DNA of 64,000 nt, taken from an uncultured Rikenellaceae bacterium (GTDB lineage Bacteria > Bacteroidota > Bacteroidia > Bacteroidales > VadinHA17). Location: NCBI GenBank assembly GCA_964633195.1, contig CAZWFL010000003.1, positions 1,650 to 65,649 of the forward strand, given 5' to 3'. Shown here one piece after another: positions 1 through 10,902 of the stretch. The notes beneath the pieces were generated by a model. That model worked only from the letters and a program-made list of their open reading frames with translations, was not told where the DNA came from and made no database searches. A program made the position numbers and the translations under genes. Each line of letters begins with the position of its first letter. Positions within the stretch are counted from its first letter, which is position 1.

Positions 1-1
1 G

Positions 2-1030
2 CTGGACGGTGTCACACTTACAATAGAGCCCGGTGTAATAATTAAAGGCCGGGAAGGCACAGGATCAAATGCAACTGCTCTGTTGATTTCGCGTGGCTCT
101 AAACTGATTGCAGAAGGAACTGCGTCCTCCCCTATTATATTTACGAGTATTGCAGACCAGATCCTGCCGGGAGAGATTGCCAGTCCTAATCTGGAGCCGA
201 CTGTTCCCGGTCTGTGGGGCGGGGTTATAGTACTCGGGAAAGCACCTATCTCAGCCTCCACAGATGAGATGCAGATCGAAGGGATACCCGTGTCTGACCT
301 TAACGGCCGCTATGGAGGAACCGATCCTCTGGATGATTCCGGCATCATAAAATATATATCAATACGCCACGGAGGTTCGAACATCGGCGAAGGCAATGAG
401 ATCAACGGCTTAACACTTGGTGGTGTCGGTTCAGGCACAATTATCGAAAATGTTGAGGTGGTTGCCAACGATGATGATGGTATTGAATGGTTTGGAGGTA
501 CCGTTAACGTCAAGAATGCGCTTGTCTGGAATTCTCATGATGATGCCCTTGATACAGATCAGTCATGGGCCGGTACTCTTGATAATTTCATAGTTATCTG
601 CGGAGCTGGCACCGATCATGCTCTTGAGATTGATGGTCCCGAAGGTAGCATGCTGGCAGCCCATACTGTAAAAAATGGCTCGGTAAAGGGAAGTCCGGTT
701 GCTGAACTTGGTGATTTCAGGGACGGAGCAAGAGGAACCTTTGAGAACATTTACTTCTTCAATTTCCCCGATCCTGCAACCAGCAGTGGCCGTGGAGATC
801 TTTCTTTAAGCGGGGCAGCAACCCAGAGCAATTTCGCCGCCGGAATCCTGAGCTTTAACAATCTTCAGATAACTCCTGCTGCGGGGGTCGCTTTAACATC
901 CATTTTCCTGAACGGCACTGACGTCCATGCCACTGAAGTGACACCGGCTACCAGAACAGTTGGAGGCGACAAGTCCGCATTCCAGGGATGGACATGGGCC
1001 AGTGCAGCGAACCAGCTAAATGATTTTTAA
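2..1030 (+). CDS. 5'-truncated secreted or lipoprotein-like protein of unknown function with a Gly/Asp-rich beta-helix-like core; encoded directly upstream of a TonB-dependent receptor
   Basis: The frame is open from the window edge (LDGVTLTIEPGVIIKGREG... precedes the TTG listed at 83). Motifs GGTDPLDDSG, NVEVVANDDDGIEWFGGTVNV and HDDALDTDQSW are present. The stop at 1030 is followed by a hairpin plus T4. Confidence 0.5.
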   Translation: MDGVTLTIEPGVIIKGREGTGSNATALLISRGSKLIAEGTASSPIIFTSIADQILPGEIASPNLEPTVPGLWGGVIVLGKAPISASTDEMQIEGIPVSDLNGRYGGTDPLDDSGIIKYISIRHGGSNIGEGNEINGLTLGGVGSGTIIENVEVVANDDDGIEWFGGTVNVKNALVWNSHDDALDTDQSWAGTLDNFIVICGAGTDHALEIDGPEGSMLAAHTVKNGSVKGSPVAELGDFRDGARGTFENIYFFNFPDPATSSGRGDLSLSGAATQSNFAAGILSFNNLQITPAAGVALTSIFLNGTDVHATEVTPATRTVGGDKSAFQGWTWASAANQLNDF

Positions 1031-1049
1031 ATAAAACCAATAAATCAAG

Positions 1050-1078
1050 ACCCGCAGGTTACCGGTCTTGCGGGTTTT
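1050..1078 (+). terminator. Intrinsic terminator hairpin
   Basis: ACCCGCAGG / CTTGCGGGT stem (7 Watson-Crick pairs plus G.U and G:C extension), 8-nt loop, followed by TTTT at 1075-1078. It lies 20 nt after the stop codon. Confidence 0.7.
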
Positions 1079-1107
1079 GATATAACCTTAAACCATTATT
1101 ATCTGTT

Positions 1108-4005
1108 ATGAAATTATTAAAGTATTTTTTCGCGATCCTTCTTTCAGTATTTTCCCTGAGCCTCTATTCCCAGAGCGGATTTATAAGGGGTACTGTATAT
1201 GATGACACAAGGGGTGAACCCCTTATCGGAGCTGCCGTAGTTGTTGAAGGAACTACCAGGGGAGGCCTTGCCGACCTAGATGGCAAGTTCAGCATAAGCC
1301 TTGAGCCAGGCAGCTATAACCTTAAGATCTCTTTTGTCTCTTATGAGACTCTGATAATAAATGATGTAAATGTGACTGCCGGCAGGGTTACACTGCTCGA
1401 CAACCTGCGCCTCATTGAAGCTGCCCATGGCCTCTCCGAAGTAGTAGTATCAGCCAGCATGGCACGGAATACCGAGACAGCCCTCTTTACCGTGAAAATG
1501 AAATCACCAAACGTACTCGACGGTATTTCTGCTGCAGGTTTCAGAAAAATAGGCGACTCCGACGCTGCATCATCCATGAAGCGTGTTACGGGAGTAACGG
1601 TGGAGGGTGGTAAATACGTTTATGTGAGGGGCCTTGGTGACAGATATACCAAAACCATCGTAAACGGTGTTGATATCCCCGGGCTTGACCCCGACCGCAA
1701 TACCATGCAAATGGATATCTTTCCCACTACAGTGATAGATAACATAATGGTGCATAAGTCATTCAGCGCAGAGTTGCCGGCCGACTTCACAGGCGGTGTA
1801 ATTGACATTGCCATCAAGGATTTTCCGGAGCAGAAAAAAGCAACATTCTCCCTGAGTACAGCTTTCAATCCCGATTATCATTTAAGAAGTGACTTCCTCT
1901 CATATCCGGGGGGGAAATATGATTATCTTGGCTTTGATGACGGAACACGTTCTATTCCGGCTATTTCTGATATTCCATTCTTTGCCGGTGTTATAGGCGA
2001 TCCTGACAGTGAATCAGGCATCCGTTACAGGGAAATCCTTGAGAGTTTTAACCCGACAATGGCCGCAATAAGGCAAAATAGTTTTGTAGATTATAACCTG
2101 AGTACATCAATTGGGAACCAGCTTCCCCTGAAAAAGGTCACCCTTGGATACAACGTAGGATTCTCCTACAAGAGCAACACAGAGTTTTACCAGGATGCAG
2201 AATACGGCAGATATGGCATGTCAGCCAATCCTGACATCAATGAACTGGAAGTCAGAGAATTTCAGAAAGGAGATTTCGGTGTGAAAAGTGTATTAATGAG
2301 CGGGATGGCAGGAGTTGCACTGAAAACCCGGCAATCGAAATACCGGCTTAACCTGTTGCATTTGCAGAATGGTGAATCAAAGGCAGGAATATTTGATTAT
2401 GAAGGTTCAGAGAAAGGGAGTAATTTCACGGGACTTCAGCATAATCTTGAATATAATCAGCGCTCCCTTACCAATATTCTGTTAGACGGGAAACATGTAT
2501 TGAATAATTCAAAACTTGAGATTGTCTGGAAACTTTCACCAACCATATCAGTAATTAAAGATCCTGACACCAGGTTTATCAGGTATGTTACGGAAAATCA
2601 AACACTAAGGATAAATACTGAAGGTGGATTTCCTGAAAGGATCTGGAGAGATCTGTCGGAAATGAATATTGCCGGTGTCCTGCATATCAGCAAAGATTTT
2701 GATTTTAATGGAAATAAATCGAGGTTCAACATGGGGGGAGCATATACCTGGAAGCATCGTGAATTTATTATCAGGAAATATGCCTTTAATATAAGAAATA
2801 TTCCCCTTACCGGCGATCCGAATGAGATACTCTGGCCTGAGAACCTATGGCCGCTGAACGGAACCGAAACGATGTTCGGAACAACTTATGAAGCTCATTT
2901 TATGCCATTAAACCCTAACCAGTTTGATGCAAGGTCATCCAATCTGGCAGGTTATATGTCAACTGAACTGAGCGTGTCAAAGAACCTTAAAGCTATTCTG
3001 GGTGTCAGGCTTGAAAAATTCAGCCAGCGTTATACGGGTCAGGACCAGCTCGGTATCAATGTTCTGAATAATGATAAGGTACTTGACAATGTAAACCTGT
3101 TCCCCTCAGTAAACATAATCTACAATGTTGCTGCCCGCCAGAATATAAGATTGTCGTATGCAAAAACCATTGCAAGGCCCTCTTTCAAAGAATTATCCTA
3201 TGCAGAGATCGCCGACCCGGTAAGCAACAGAACCTTTATCGGCGGAATGTTCAGGGATGCCAACGAAACTATTGGTGTTGAATACTGGGATGGTAATCTT
3301 GTAAGTACCTTTATTCATAATCTTGATATCAGATGGGAAATGTTCCGGTCAAACGGACAATTGATCTCACTGAGTGGATTCAGCAAGAAGTTCATTCGCC
3401 CGATTGAAATAGTCCAGTACGCCACTCAACCCGGGTCGTTTCAGCCACGGAATGTTGGCGACGGACAGGTATTGGGAGCAGAGGTGGAACTCCGGCAGGA
3501 TTTCAGCATAATAAGCTCAACGCTTAAGAATTTCAGCCTCTCAACCAATTTTGCCATCACAAAGTCCAGTATCGAGTTAAGCACAACTGAATTACAGTCA
3601 AGGATTGAAAATGCACGGACCGGCCAGACAATCGGAAAGGCCAGGGTTATGGCAGGCCAAGCCCCTTACATTATAAATGCAGGACTGGCATACAATGGTG
3701 GTGAGGATGGATTCTGGAAAGGGTTTGAAGCAGGCCTGTTCTATAATGTTCAGGGTATTACCCTGCAATATGTGGGTATCGCTGACCTTCCTGATATTTA
3801 CACACTACCCTTTCACAGCCTCAATTTCAACGCCAATAAAAGCTTTGGAAAGGAAAACAGAACCCAGCTTGGGATAAAAATTGAAAACCTGCTTAACGAC
3901 AAGAAAGAATCTGTTTTCAGGTCATTTAATGTAACAGATCCTTTTTTCACAAAACTTGAACCCGGAATCACCTTCCACCTTCGTCTTAGCTATGCCCTTT
4001 TTTAA
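1108..4005 (+). CDS. TonB-dependent outer-membrane receptor with an N-terminal carboxypeptidase-regulatory-like domain
   Basis: Signal peptide MKLLKYFFAILLSVFSLSLYSQ. CarbopepD_reg-like segment GTVYDDTRGEPLIGAAVVVEGTTRGGLADLDGKFSISLEPGSYNLKISFVSYE. Plug motif YVRGLGDRYTKTIVNGVDIPGLDPDRNTMQMDIFP. Barrel ends in an aromatic residue (...RLSYALF). Confidence 0.9.
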   Translation: MKLLKYFFAILLSVFSLSLYSQSGFIRGTVYDDTRGEPLIGAAVVVEGTTRGGLADLDGKFSISLEPGSYNLKISFVSYETLIINDVNVTAGRVTLLDNLRLIEAAHGLSEVVVSASMARNTETALFTVKMKSPNVLDGISAAGFRKIGDSDAASSMKRVTGVTVEGGKYVYVRGLGDRYTKTIVNGVDIPGLDPDRNTMQMDIFPTTVIDNIMVHKSFSAELPADFTGGVIDIAIKDFPEQKKATFSLSTAFNPDYHLRSDFLSYPGGKYDYLGFDDGTRSIPAISDIPFFAGVIGDPDSESGIRYREILESFNPTMAAIRQNSFVDYNLSTSIGNQLPLKKVTLGYNVGFSYKSNTEFYQDAEYGRYGMSANPDINELEVREFQKGDFGVKSVLMSGMAGVALKTRQSKYRLNLLHLQNGESKAGIFDYEGSEKGSNFTGLQHNLEYNQRSLTNILLDGKHVLNNSKLEIVWKLSPTISVIKDPDTRFIRYVTENQTLRINTEGGFPERIWRDLSEMNIAGVLHISKDFDFNGNKSRFNMGGAYTWKHREFIIRKYAFNIRNIPLTGDPNEILWPENLWPLNGTETMFGTTYEAHFMPLNPNQFDARSSNLAGYMSTELSVSKNLKAILGVRLEKFSQRYTGQDQLGINVLNNDKVLDNVNLFPSVNIIYNVAARQNIRLSYAKTIARPSFKELSYAEIADPVSNRTFIGGMFRDANETIGVEYWDGNLVSTFIHNLDIRWEMFRSNGQLISLSGFSKKFIRPIEIVQYATQPGSFQPRNVGDGQVLGAEVELRQDFSIISSTLKNFSLSTNFAITKSSIELSTTELQSRIENARTGQTIGKARVMAGQAPYIINAGLAYNGGEDGFWKGFEAGLFYNVQGITLQYVGIADLPDIYTLPFHSLNFNANKSFGKENRTQLGIKIENLLNDKKESVFRSFNVTDPFFTKLEPGITFHLRLSYALF

Positions 4006-4092
4006 TAACTTAAAGCTGACCAGTGAAATATTTGGAAAACAATACTGAAGGAAAACTAATTACATAACAGATAATAATTAGTTTAAACCGGG

Positions 4093-4122
4093 GAAAGCGC
4101 ATGTTGAAAAACATGCGCTTTC
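4093..4122. terminator. Perfect 13-bp hairpin with a GAAA tetraloop; candidate (bidirectional) terminator
   Basis: GAAAGCGCATGTT-GAAA-AACATGCGCTTTC, followed by ATTT. It lies 88 nt downstream of the TBDR stop, inside a 303-nt AT-rich spacer. Confidence 0.55.
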
Positions 4123-4308
4123 ATTTGGATCCATTCACCTGAATCTATTCAACTTAAATGTTATTGTATAGAGATTAGCTTCAGGGAATTATAGGCTAAC
4201 CAATATTATGTAACATAATTGTAATACCATTATTTGTTATTTACTCGTAATTTTACACAATAAATATTCGTACCTGAATGAGGGTTAAACCATATTAATA
4301 CGAAGTAT

Positions 4309-4995
4309 ATGGATAAAAAAGGAATAAGGATCCTGATTGTTGACGATGAAGAGGATCTCTGCGAGATACTGCAATACAACCTCAGCAATGAAGGCTATCA
4401 CACTGAGGTAGCGCATTCCGCCGAAGAGGCAATGAAAAGATCTCTTGATAAATTCGACCTGATCCTGCTGGATGTGATGATGGGACCGATGTCCGGCTTC
4501 AGGTTTGCAGATTTTGTGCGTAAAGAACTGGAGATTAGTGTTCCAATAATCTTCCTTACAGCCAGGGATAAAGAAAATGATATCCTGACAGGGTTCAGCC
4601 TGGGTGCCGACGATTATATTGCCAAACCCTTCTCTGTAAACGAACTTACAGCAAGGATCAGGGCAGTCCTTAAAAGATCTCAGAAGGAAAAAAATAAAAC
4701 CCAGACTATAATCCGGTTCGGGGATATCGAACTCGATACCATGAGGAAAAGAGTGATCATAAATGACGAGAAGGTTGACCTTACAAAGAAAGAATATGAA
4801 ATACTCAGACTTTTACTTGACAATCAGACCAGGGTATTTTCACGGGAAGACCTACTTAAGAGAGTCTGGGGAAACGATGTAATAGTAACGGAACGTACCG
4901 TCGATGTTAACATAACAAGACTGAGGGCAAAACTCGGTAATTACGGCCGGTTACTCAGGAATAAGACAGGGTACGGGTATTTCTTTGAATTCTGA
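4309..4995 (+). CDS. OmpR/PhoB-family response regulator (RprY-like)
   Basis: Receiver domain with [11 protein letters not shown], acceptor context [10 protein letters not shown] and FLTARD. Winged-helix C-terminus [12 protein letters not shown]...[13 protein letters not shown]. Confidence 0.92.
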   Translation: MDKKGIRILIVDDEEDLCEILQYNLSNEGYHTEVAHSAEEAMKRSLDKFDLILLDVMMGPMSGFRFADFVRKELEISVPIIFLTARDKENDILTGFSLGADDYIAKPFSVNELTARIRAVLKRSQKEKNKTQTIIRFGDIELDTMRKRVIINDEKVDLTKKEYEILRLLLDNQTRVFSREDLLKRVWGNDVIVTERTVDVNITRLRAKLGNYGRLLRNKTGYGYFFEF

Positions 4996-5005
4996 AACTG
5001 ATAAA

Positions 5006-6766
5006 ATGATATTCAGAAAATCATTCAGGAACAATCTATTTCTTTATTATTCTATTGTATTTCTGCTTTTTACTGCATTGATTCTTCTTTACCTTTTTAA
5101 GCGGGAGAAAGATTATCGCATTGAAGCACTCAACGTTGAACTTGACAATATTACCTTAATAACCGATAATTACATAAAGGCCAACGGTATTGACAAAACA
5201 GGTGATTATCGGAAAATTGACTCTCTGATCGGTTTGCTGCCACAATCCAACCTGCGGGTTACTATCGTAGCTCACTCCGGAAATGTTTTGTTCGACAGTT
5301 TTGTCCATGAATGGGACAGAATGGAAAACCACCTGAACAGGCCGGAAATAGTTGAATCTGTCGATGCACCCTTCGGTGCCGCCATCAGAAATTCAGAAAC
5401 AACAGGGCAGGAATATTATTACTACGCCAGGAACCTTGAGAGGTATTTTATCAGGTCAGCCCTGGTGTATGATGTCACGATTGCAAACTTCCTGCAGGCA
5501 AAAAAATTCTTTCTTCTGGTGATATTCCTGTCATTTATTTCGATATGGCTTATTATGTTATTGATTACTAACAAGCTGAGTGAATCGATCACAAAACTTA
5601 AGGATTTTGCATTAAGGGTAGGAAATAATGAACCATTTGATTTCAGAACGAAATTTCCGAAAAACGAGATAGGAATAATTGGCGAAGAAATAATGACCAT
5701 CTATAATAACCTCCTTCTGACCAAGAACGATCTTGCCATTGAAAAAGAAAAGTTCTTCAATCATCTTGATGCTCTTAATGAAGGAGTGGCATTCTTCTCC
5801 CACGACAATAAAAAGATCTTCAATAACGATCATTTTATCCATTTCCTTAACATGATCTCAGGTGATCTGAAGATCTTCACTTCAGATTTCAGTGAGATTC
5901 CCGAACTGTCGCAGGTAACTGATTTTATTGACAAGTATTCAGATTCGGAGATAACCGTGACGGATCTGCCCAAAATGGAATACCAGGTAAGTAAGGACGG
6001 CAGATTTTTCAGGGTACAATGCGTTATTTTCAAGGACAGGAGCTTTGAAGTAATTATCAGCGATATAACAAAAATAGGGAAGAACAAGATGATTAAGCAG
6101 CAAATGACTTCAAATATATCACACGAGCTAAAAACCCCTGTCTCATCGGTTAAAGGATATATCGAGACCCTTCTGAATGATCCTTCCATGGAGGCGGAAA
6201 AACAAAAGTATTTCCTTGAAAAGGCACTGGCTCAGACAGACAGGCTGACATGGCTGATCAATGACATTTCGGAGCTGAACAGGATAGAAGAAGCAGCAGC
6301 CTCATTCAGCATAGAAAAGGTAAAGGTCAAAAAGATAATAAGGGAGGTGAGGGATAACTTCAAATCGGCGATTGAAGCCAGGAAGATGAAGGTTGTAATA
6401 GAGGTTGGCAGCGAGGTTGCCGTAAAAGGGAACAAGTCGCTGATACTCTCTGTCTTCCAGAACCTGATTGAGAATGCCATCAACTATGCCGGTGATAATT
6501 CCACTATCAAAGTGCTGGTTTATAACGAAGAAAAAAAATTCTACCACTTTTCCTTCTCCGACGATGGCGTCGGTATCCCCGAGGAGCACATAAACAGGGT
6601 ATTTGAAAGGTTCTACAGGATCGACTCAGGTCGTTCAAGAAAGAGCGGAGGCACCGGCCTTGGCCTTGCAATTGTTAAAAATGCAATCCTGCTGCACAAG
6701 GGAGAAATACTTGTAAGAAACCGTGCCGGAGGCGGAACAGAGTTCCTCTTCTCACTTCCTAAATAG
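5006..6766 (+). CDS. Membrane sensor histidine kinase, partner of the preceding regulator
   Basis: Two TM segments ([21 protein letters not shown] and [20 protein letters not shown]). H-box [22 protein letters not shown]-box [11 protein letters not shown]-boxes DDGVGIP and [11 protein letters not shown]. The ATG at 5006 is preferred over the TTG at 4985. Confidence 0.9.
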   Translation: MIFRKSFRNNLFLYYSIVFLLFTALILLYLFKREKDYRIEALNVELDNITLITDNYIKANGIDKTGDYRKIDSLIGLLPQSNLRVTIVAHSGNVLFDSFVHEWDRMENHLNRPEIVESVDAPFGAAIRNSETTGQEYYYYARNLERYFIRSALVYDVTIANFLQAKKFFLLVIFLSFISIWLIMLLITNKLSESITKLKDFALRVGNNEPFDFRTKFPKNEIGIIGEEIMTIYNNLLLTKNDLAIEKEKFFNHLDALNEGVAFFSHDNKKIFNNDHFIHFLNMISGDLKIFTSDFSEIPELSQVTDFIDKYSDSEITVTDLPKMEYQVSKDGRFFRVQCVIFKDRSFEVIISDITKIGKNKMIKQQMTSNISHELKTPVSSVKGYIETLLNDPSMEAEKQKYFLEKALAQTDRLTWLINDISELNRIEEAAASFSIEKVKVKKIIREVRDNFKSAIEARKMKVVIEVGSEVAVKGNKSLILSVFQNLIENAINYAGDNSTIKVLVYNEEKKFYHFSFSDDGVGIPEEHINRVFERFYRIDSGRSRKSGGTGLGLAIVKNAILLHKGEILVRNRAGGGTEFLFSLPK

Positions 6767-6960
6767 CCAGCCGTAATCCTTTGTGAGCTTATTCTTAATG
6801 CTCTTACATCTTAATTTGGCTTGTAATAATTGAGCCATTATTCTTATATTTAACTTTCAAAATTACCAATACCTTATGAACGAAAATTGTCTCCACCATG
6901 AGAAAGTATCAACTAACAGGAAACAAGCTGATTTGATCCGTTTAACCTAAAAAATTTGTT

Positions 6961-9318
6961 ATGAATCCACAAAAGAATTACATCGTGAGGTCTATTTTAC
7001 TCCTTTGTGCAATTTTTCTGATTGCATCCGGCCTTTCAGGGCAGGTTAAAAGTCCGGTATTAACCGGAACCGAGAAAGTAGCACTCTTCGCCAGACAGAA
7101 TGAGATGCTGAAATCTTCACCCTATAAAGACCTGCAATGGCAATTTGTGGGACCGGTCAATATAAGCGGCAGGTGCACCGATGTTGAAGCTATCTCGCCC
7201 CGCGGAAAGAATTACACCATATGGATCGGCTCAGCTACCGGTGGTGTCTGGAAATCAACCAATGAGGGAACAACTTTCGATCCGGTTTTTGATCAGATGC
7301 CAACAGGTTCGATTGGTGATATTGCCATCGATCCCAATAACCCTGATGTGGTTTGGGTCGGTACCGGTGAAGCGAATATCTTCCGGAGCTCCAATGCCGG
7401 CTGTGGCGTCTTCAAGACCACCGACGGCGGGAAAACATGGAGAGTTATGGGCCTTGAGAATAGCTTCACAATAGGCCGCATCAGGGTCAACCCCAAAAAC
7501 TCCAATATCGTCTATGTTGCCGCAACAGGACACGAATGGACCCCGAACGAAGAGAGAGGCCTGTTCAAAACCACCGATGGCGGAAAAACATGGTCAAAGA
7601 TCCTTTATATAGATGAGAACACCGGTGTTTATGACCTTGTGCTTGATCCCAGGGATCCCAATACCATTTACTGTACGACATGGGAAAGGATAAGGCTTAA
7701 ATGGAACGATCCGAGGACCTATGAGACAACAAAAAATAATGCGATATGGAAATCAACCGACGGAGGACGCAACTGGAAGAAGATCAATACCGGACTGCCT
7801 GAACCGAACAGGCTTGGCAGGATCGGGATCGATGTCTGTGCTTCGAACCCGAAAGTGTTATATGCACTGGTCGACAACTATGAGATAGCCTACCCCGCCA
7901 AGCCCGGTGAGCTCGATTCCTATGGCAGGCAGAGACAGGACGTGATAAAGGGTGCTACCGTTTACCGGACAAACAATGCCGGGGAAACATGGATACAGGT
8001 AAGCGGACTTACTCCTGAACAGAAGACCTTTATGGAAAGGCATTCTGCAACATATGGATGGGTCTTTGGTCAGATAAGAGTTGACCCCAATGATGAAAAT
8101 ACGGTCTATTCAATGGGACTCCAGCTTAACCAGTCGACCGACGGTGGCAGGACATTTCAGTCGCTCAGAGGACCCCATGTTGATCATCATGGCCTATGGA
8201 TCGATCCTGCCAACTCAAACTACCTTCTCAATGTACAGGATGGAGGACTGACTATCTCCTATGATAAGGGGAAAACATGGAAATATCCGATACAGGAACT
8301 CCCACTTATACAATTTTTTAACCTGGGATTTGACAACAGCACTCCGTTCAGGGTGTTCGGATCGATACAGGATCATGGAAGCTATTCCGGAGTGGTGGAT
8401 CTCTCGAGGGGGCGGGACAGGGTCCCCTCCGTTGAGTTCAGAAGCACCCTTGGCGGTGAAGGATCCACCCACAACATAAGTCCTGCCGATAACAACACAA
8501 TCTATGCCAGCGGATTTTATGGCCAGCTTCAGAGGGCACAGTTAGACAATTATCCGCAAAGCTCCAAAAGGCTGCTCCCTCAAAGAATGCCGGGAGAGAC
8601 ACCCCTGAGAGGTGAATGGATAGCCCCGACACTTATTTCACCCCATAACCCCGACATTATTTATCATGGAATGCAGTACCTGATGATGTCGAGAGATAAG
8701 GGAGATACATGGGAATTCATCAGCCCCGATCTTTCCTATAACGATCCTGCAAAAATGGGTGATATAAGTTATCAGACAATATCGGTATTCGATGAATCAC
8801 CCCTTCGGTTCGGCCTGATCTATGCCGGCACCGACGATGGCAGGATCTGGAGAACAAAAGATGGCGGAAAGAACTGGTCAGAGATAAGGAGCGGGGCTGT
8901 GCCTGAAAAATTTGTTTCCCGGATTGTGGCATCGAGATACGCTATAGGCACTGTTTATCTTACACAGACAGGCAAGAGGGATGACGATTTTCAGGTTTAT
9001 ATCTGGAAATCAACTGATTTTGGCGATACCTGGCAGGATATTTCCGGCAATATTCCCGTGGGACCGGTGAATGTAATACGGGAAGATCCGGCCAACAGGG
9101 ACATTTTGTATGCCGGAACGGACGGATGCGTATTTGTTACAAAAGATGGAGGTAAAAAATGGGATGTTCTGGGTACCCTGCCATTTTCTTATGTCCACGA
9201 CCTTGGAATACATACCCGTGACAACATGATCATTATTGCCACACACGGACGTGGTTTATGGGTTATGGACGCCGATCCGGTGAACGAAAGGAATAAACTG
9301 AGAGGAGTGAGGAGATAG
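6961..9318 (+). CDS. Secreted Asp-box (BNR) repeat beta-propeller protein, sortilin/VPS10-like or xyloglucanase-like
   Basis: Signal peptide, then about 11 Asp-boxes (WKSTNEGTTF, FKTTDGGKTW twice, WKSTDGGRNW, YRTNNAGETW, QSTDGGRTF, SYDKGKTW, SRDKGDTW, RTKDGGKNW, KSTDFGDTW, TKDGGKKW). Confidence 0.8.
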   Translation: MNPQKNYIVRSILLLCAIFLIASGLSGQVKSPVLTGTEKVALFARQNEMLKSSPYKDLQWQFVGPVNISGRCTDVEAISPRGKNYTIWIGSATGGVWKSTNEGTTFDPVFDQMPTGSIGDIAIDPNNPDVVWVGTGEANIFRSSNAGCGVFKTTDGGKTWRVMGLENSFTIGRIRVNPKNSNIVYVAATGHEWTPNEERGLFKTTDGGKTWSKILYIDENTGVYDLVLDPRDPNTIYCTTWERIRLKWNDPRTYETTKNNAIWKSTDGGRNWKKINTGLPEPNRLGRIGIDVCASNPKVLYALVDNYEIAYPAKPGELDSYGRQRQDVIKGATVYRTNNAGETWIQVSGLTPEQKTFMERHSATYGWVFGQIRVDPNDENTVYSMGLQLNQSTDGGRTFQSLRGPHVDHHGLWIDPANSNYLLNVQDGGLTISYDKGKTWKYPIQELPLIQFFNLGFDNSTPFRVFGSIQDHGSYSGVVDLSRGRDRVPSVEFRSTLGGEGSTHNISPADNNTIYASGFYGQLQRAQLDNYPQSSKRLLPQRMPGETPLRGEWIAPTLISPHNPDIIYHGMQYLMMSRDKGDTWEFISPDLSYNDPAKMGDISYQTISVFDESPLRFGLIYAGTDDGRIWRTKDGGKNWSEIRSGAVPEKFVSRIVASRYAIGTVYLTQTGKRDDDFQVYIWKSTDFGDTWQDISGNIPVGPVNVIREDPANRDILYAGTDGCVFVTKDGGKKWDVLGTLPFSYVHDLGIHTRDNMIIIATHGRGLWVMDADPVNERNKLRGVRR

Positions 9319-9355
9319 GCGATAGAAGATAGGCGATAGAAGATAGGCGACAGGA
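9314..9355 (+). repeat. Heptanucleotide tandem array, 6 units (GATAGGC/GATAGAA alternating)
   Basis: GATAGGC GATAGAA GATAGGC GATAGAA GATAGGC GACAGGA. The first unit contains the TAG stop of the upstream gene. Confidence 0.9.
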
Positions 9356-9480
9356 TATAAACTTTATACTGATGAAACCTTCATGTTACAGAAGCACAAA
9401 AGAGAATGAGAATAATTTTCACCTATGAAGGTTCCATGCGAACCACTTAATTTTCAATAATATACTTATATTATTTTCGT

Positions 9481-10902
9481 ATGAAAAAATATTTATTTCA
9501 GGCGTTTATTTTAGTGGTGTTTCTCATTTCAGCAAAGGCCCCAGCCCAGATACTTGCTGAAAAACAAGCCATTACAGGCTCCTGGCTCGGCAGGATAGAT
9601 GTTTCTGCAATCAGTATCAGGATTATCTTCAATCTTTCTGTTATTGAAAAGGACTCACTAATTGCATCCATGGATAGCCCCGATCAGGGTGTAAAAAACA
9701 TAAAACTCGGACCGGTGACTCTGTCAGGCAGCGATATTAAGATCTCTGCTGGTGCTATGCTTGCCGAATATAACGGTACAATAATAAACGATACACTTAT
9801 AGAAGGGACATGGATGCAGGCGGGAAAAACATTCCCACTGAACCTTGGCAGGCTGAAAACTATTTTCACCCTCAACAGGCCCCAGGAACCTACCCCTCCT
9901 TTCCCCTACAAGGCGGAAGATGTAACTTTTCATAATGATGAATTCAACATAAACCTTGCCGGCACAATCACCATACCGGATGGGGCAGGACCATTTCCTG
10001 CTGTTATACTTGTTACCGGATCAGGATCCCAGAACAGGGATGAGGAGTTGCTTGGCCATAAACCTTTCCTGGTAATTGCCGATCATCTTACCCGCAATGG
10101 AATTGCGGTTTTACGTTACGATGACAGGGGGGTTGGTCAGTCTCAGGGGAACCCTATAACAGCCACTACCGCTGATCTGGCAACTGATGCCGAAGCTGCT
10201 TTCAAATATCTTAAAACCAGACCGGAGATTAAACCAGAAAGAATAGGATTGGCAGGGCACAGCGAAGGGGGACTGATAGCACCGATAGTAGCCTCGGTTA
10301 ATCCGGGTGTGGCTTTTATCATTTCACTTGCCGGACCCGGTGTAAAAGGTGAAGAAATTTTGCACAGGCAAAACAGAGATATATCCACACTTATGGGAAT
10401 AGATGAAAAAAAGATTGAAGAAAATATTGCCATAAACAGAAAGCTCTTTGCAATCCTCAAAAAAGAGTCCGATAATGACAAGGCTGAAGAAAAAATGATG
10501 GCTGCTTACAGAAAAATTCTTGCAAAAAAGAAAGTAACTCCTGAAGAAATTGAAAAGAATGTCAGGGAATTATCCGCTTCGTTTGGAAAATCTTCATACA
10601 CATGGTACAGATATTTTATTTCAACTAATCCTGTAAAGTACTGGAAAAAAGTAAGTTGCCCGGTACTGGCCCTTAACGGGGAGAAGGATCTTCAGGTTGC
10701 CTGGGACATCAATCTTCCTGCTATTGAAAAAGCGCTCAAGGCGGGTGGTAATAAGTCTGTATCGACAGTGAACCTGCCCCGACTTAACCATCTGTTCCAG
10801 AACAGCGATTCAGGCCTGCCCTCTGAATACGGAGAGATTGAAGAGACTTTCTCTGAAGATGTCCTCAGACTTATTGCTGACTGGATAAAAGGTCTGAACT
10901 GA
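9481..10902 (+). CDS. Secreted alpha/beta-fold serine hydrolase with an N-terminal accessory domain
   Basis: Signal peptide MKKYLFQAFILVVFLISAKAPAQ. Nucleophile elbow GLAGHSEGG. The lid-like helical insertion and ...LNHLFQ are consistent with a catalytic His region. Confidence 0.75.
   Translation: MKKYLFQAFILVVFLISAKAPAQILAEKQAITGSWLGRIDVSAISIRIIFNLSVIEKDSLIASMDSPDQGVKNIKLGPVTLSGSDIKISAGAMLAEYNGTIINDTLIEGTWMQAGKTFPLNLGRLKTIFTLNRPQEPTPPFPYKAEDVTFHNDEFNINLAGTITIPDGAGPFPAVILVTGSGSQNRDEELLGHKPFLVIADHLTRNGIAVLRYDDRGVGQSQGNPITATTADLATDAEAAFKYLKTRPEIKPERIGLAGHSEGGLIAPIVASVNPGVAFIISLAGPGVKGEEILHRQNRDISTLMGIDEKKIEENIAINRKLFAILKKESDNDKAEEKMMAAYRKILAKKKVTPEEIEKNVRELSASFGKSSYTWYRYFISTNPVKYWKKVSCPVLALNGEKDLQVAWDINLPAIEKALKAGGNKSVSTVNLPRLNHLFQNSDSGLPSEYGEIEETFSEDVLRLIADWIKGLN

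Noticed and set aside
4205-4219. ATTATGT-A-ACATAAT inverted repeat upstream of the response regulator, considered as an operator
   Set aside because: It is short and AT-only in a very AT-rich spacer, so chance occurrence is likely. There is no second copy in the window.
6961-9318. Asp-box protein considered as a sialidase
   Set aside because: I found no FRIP/RIP motif or arginine-triad context. The number and spacing of Asp-boxes fit the two-propeller sortilin or xyloglucanase-like type instead.
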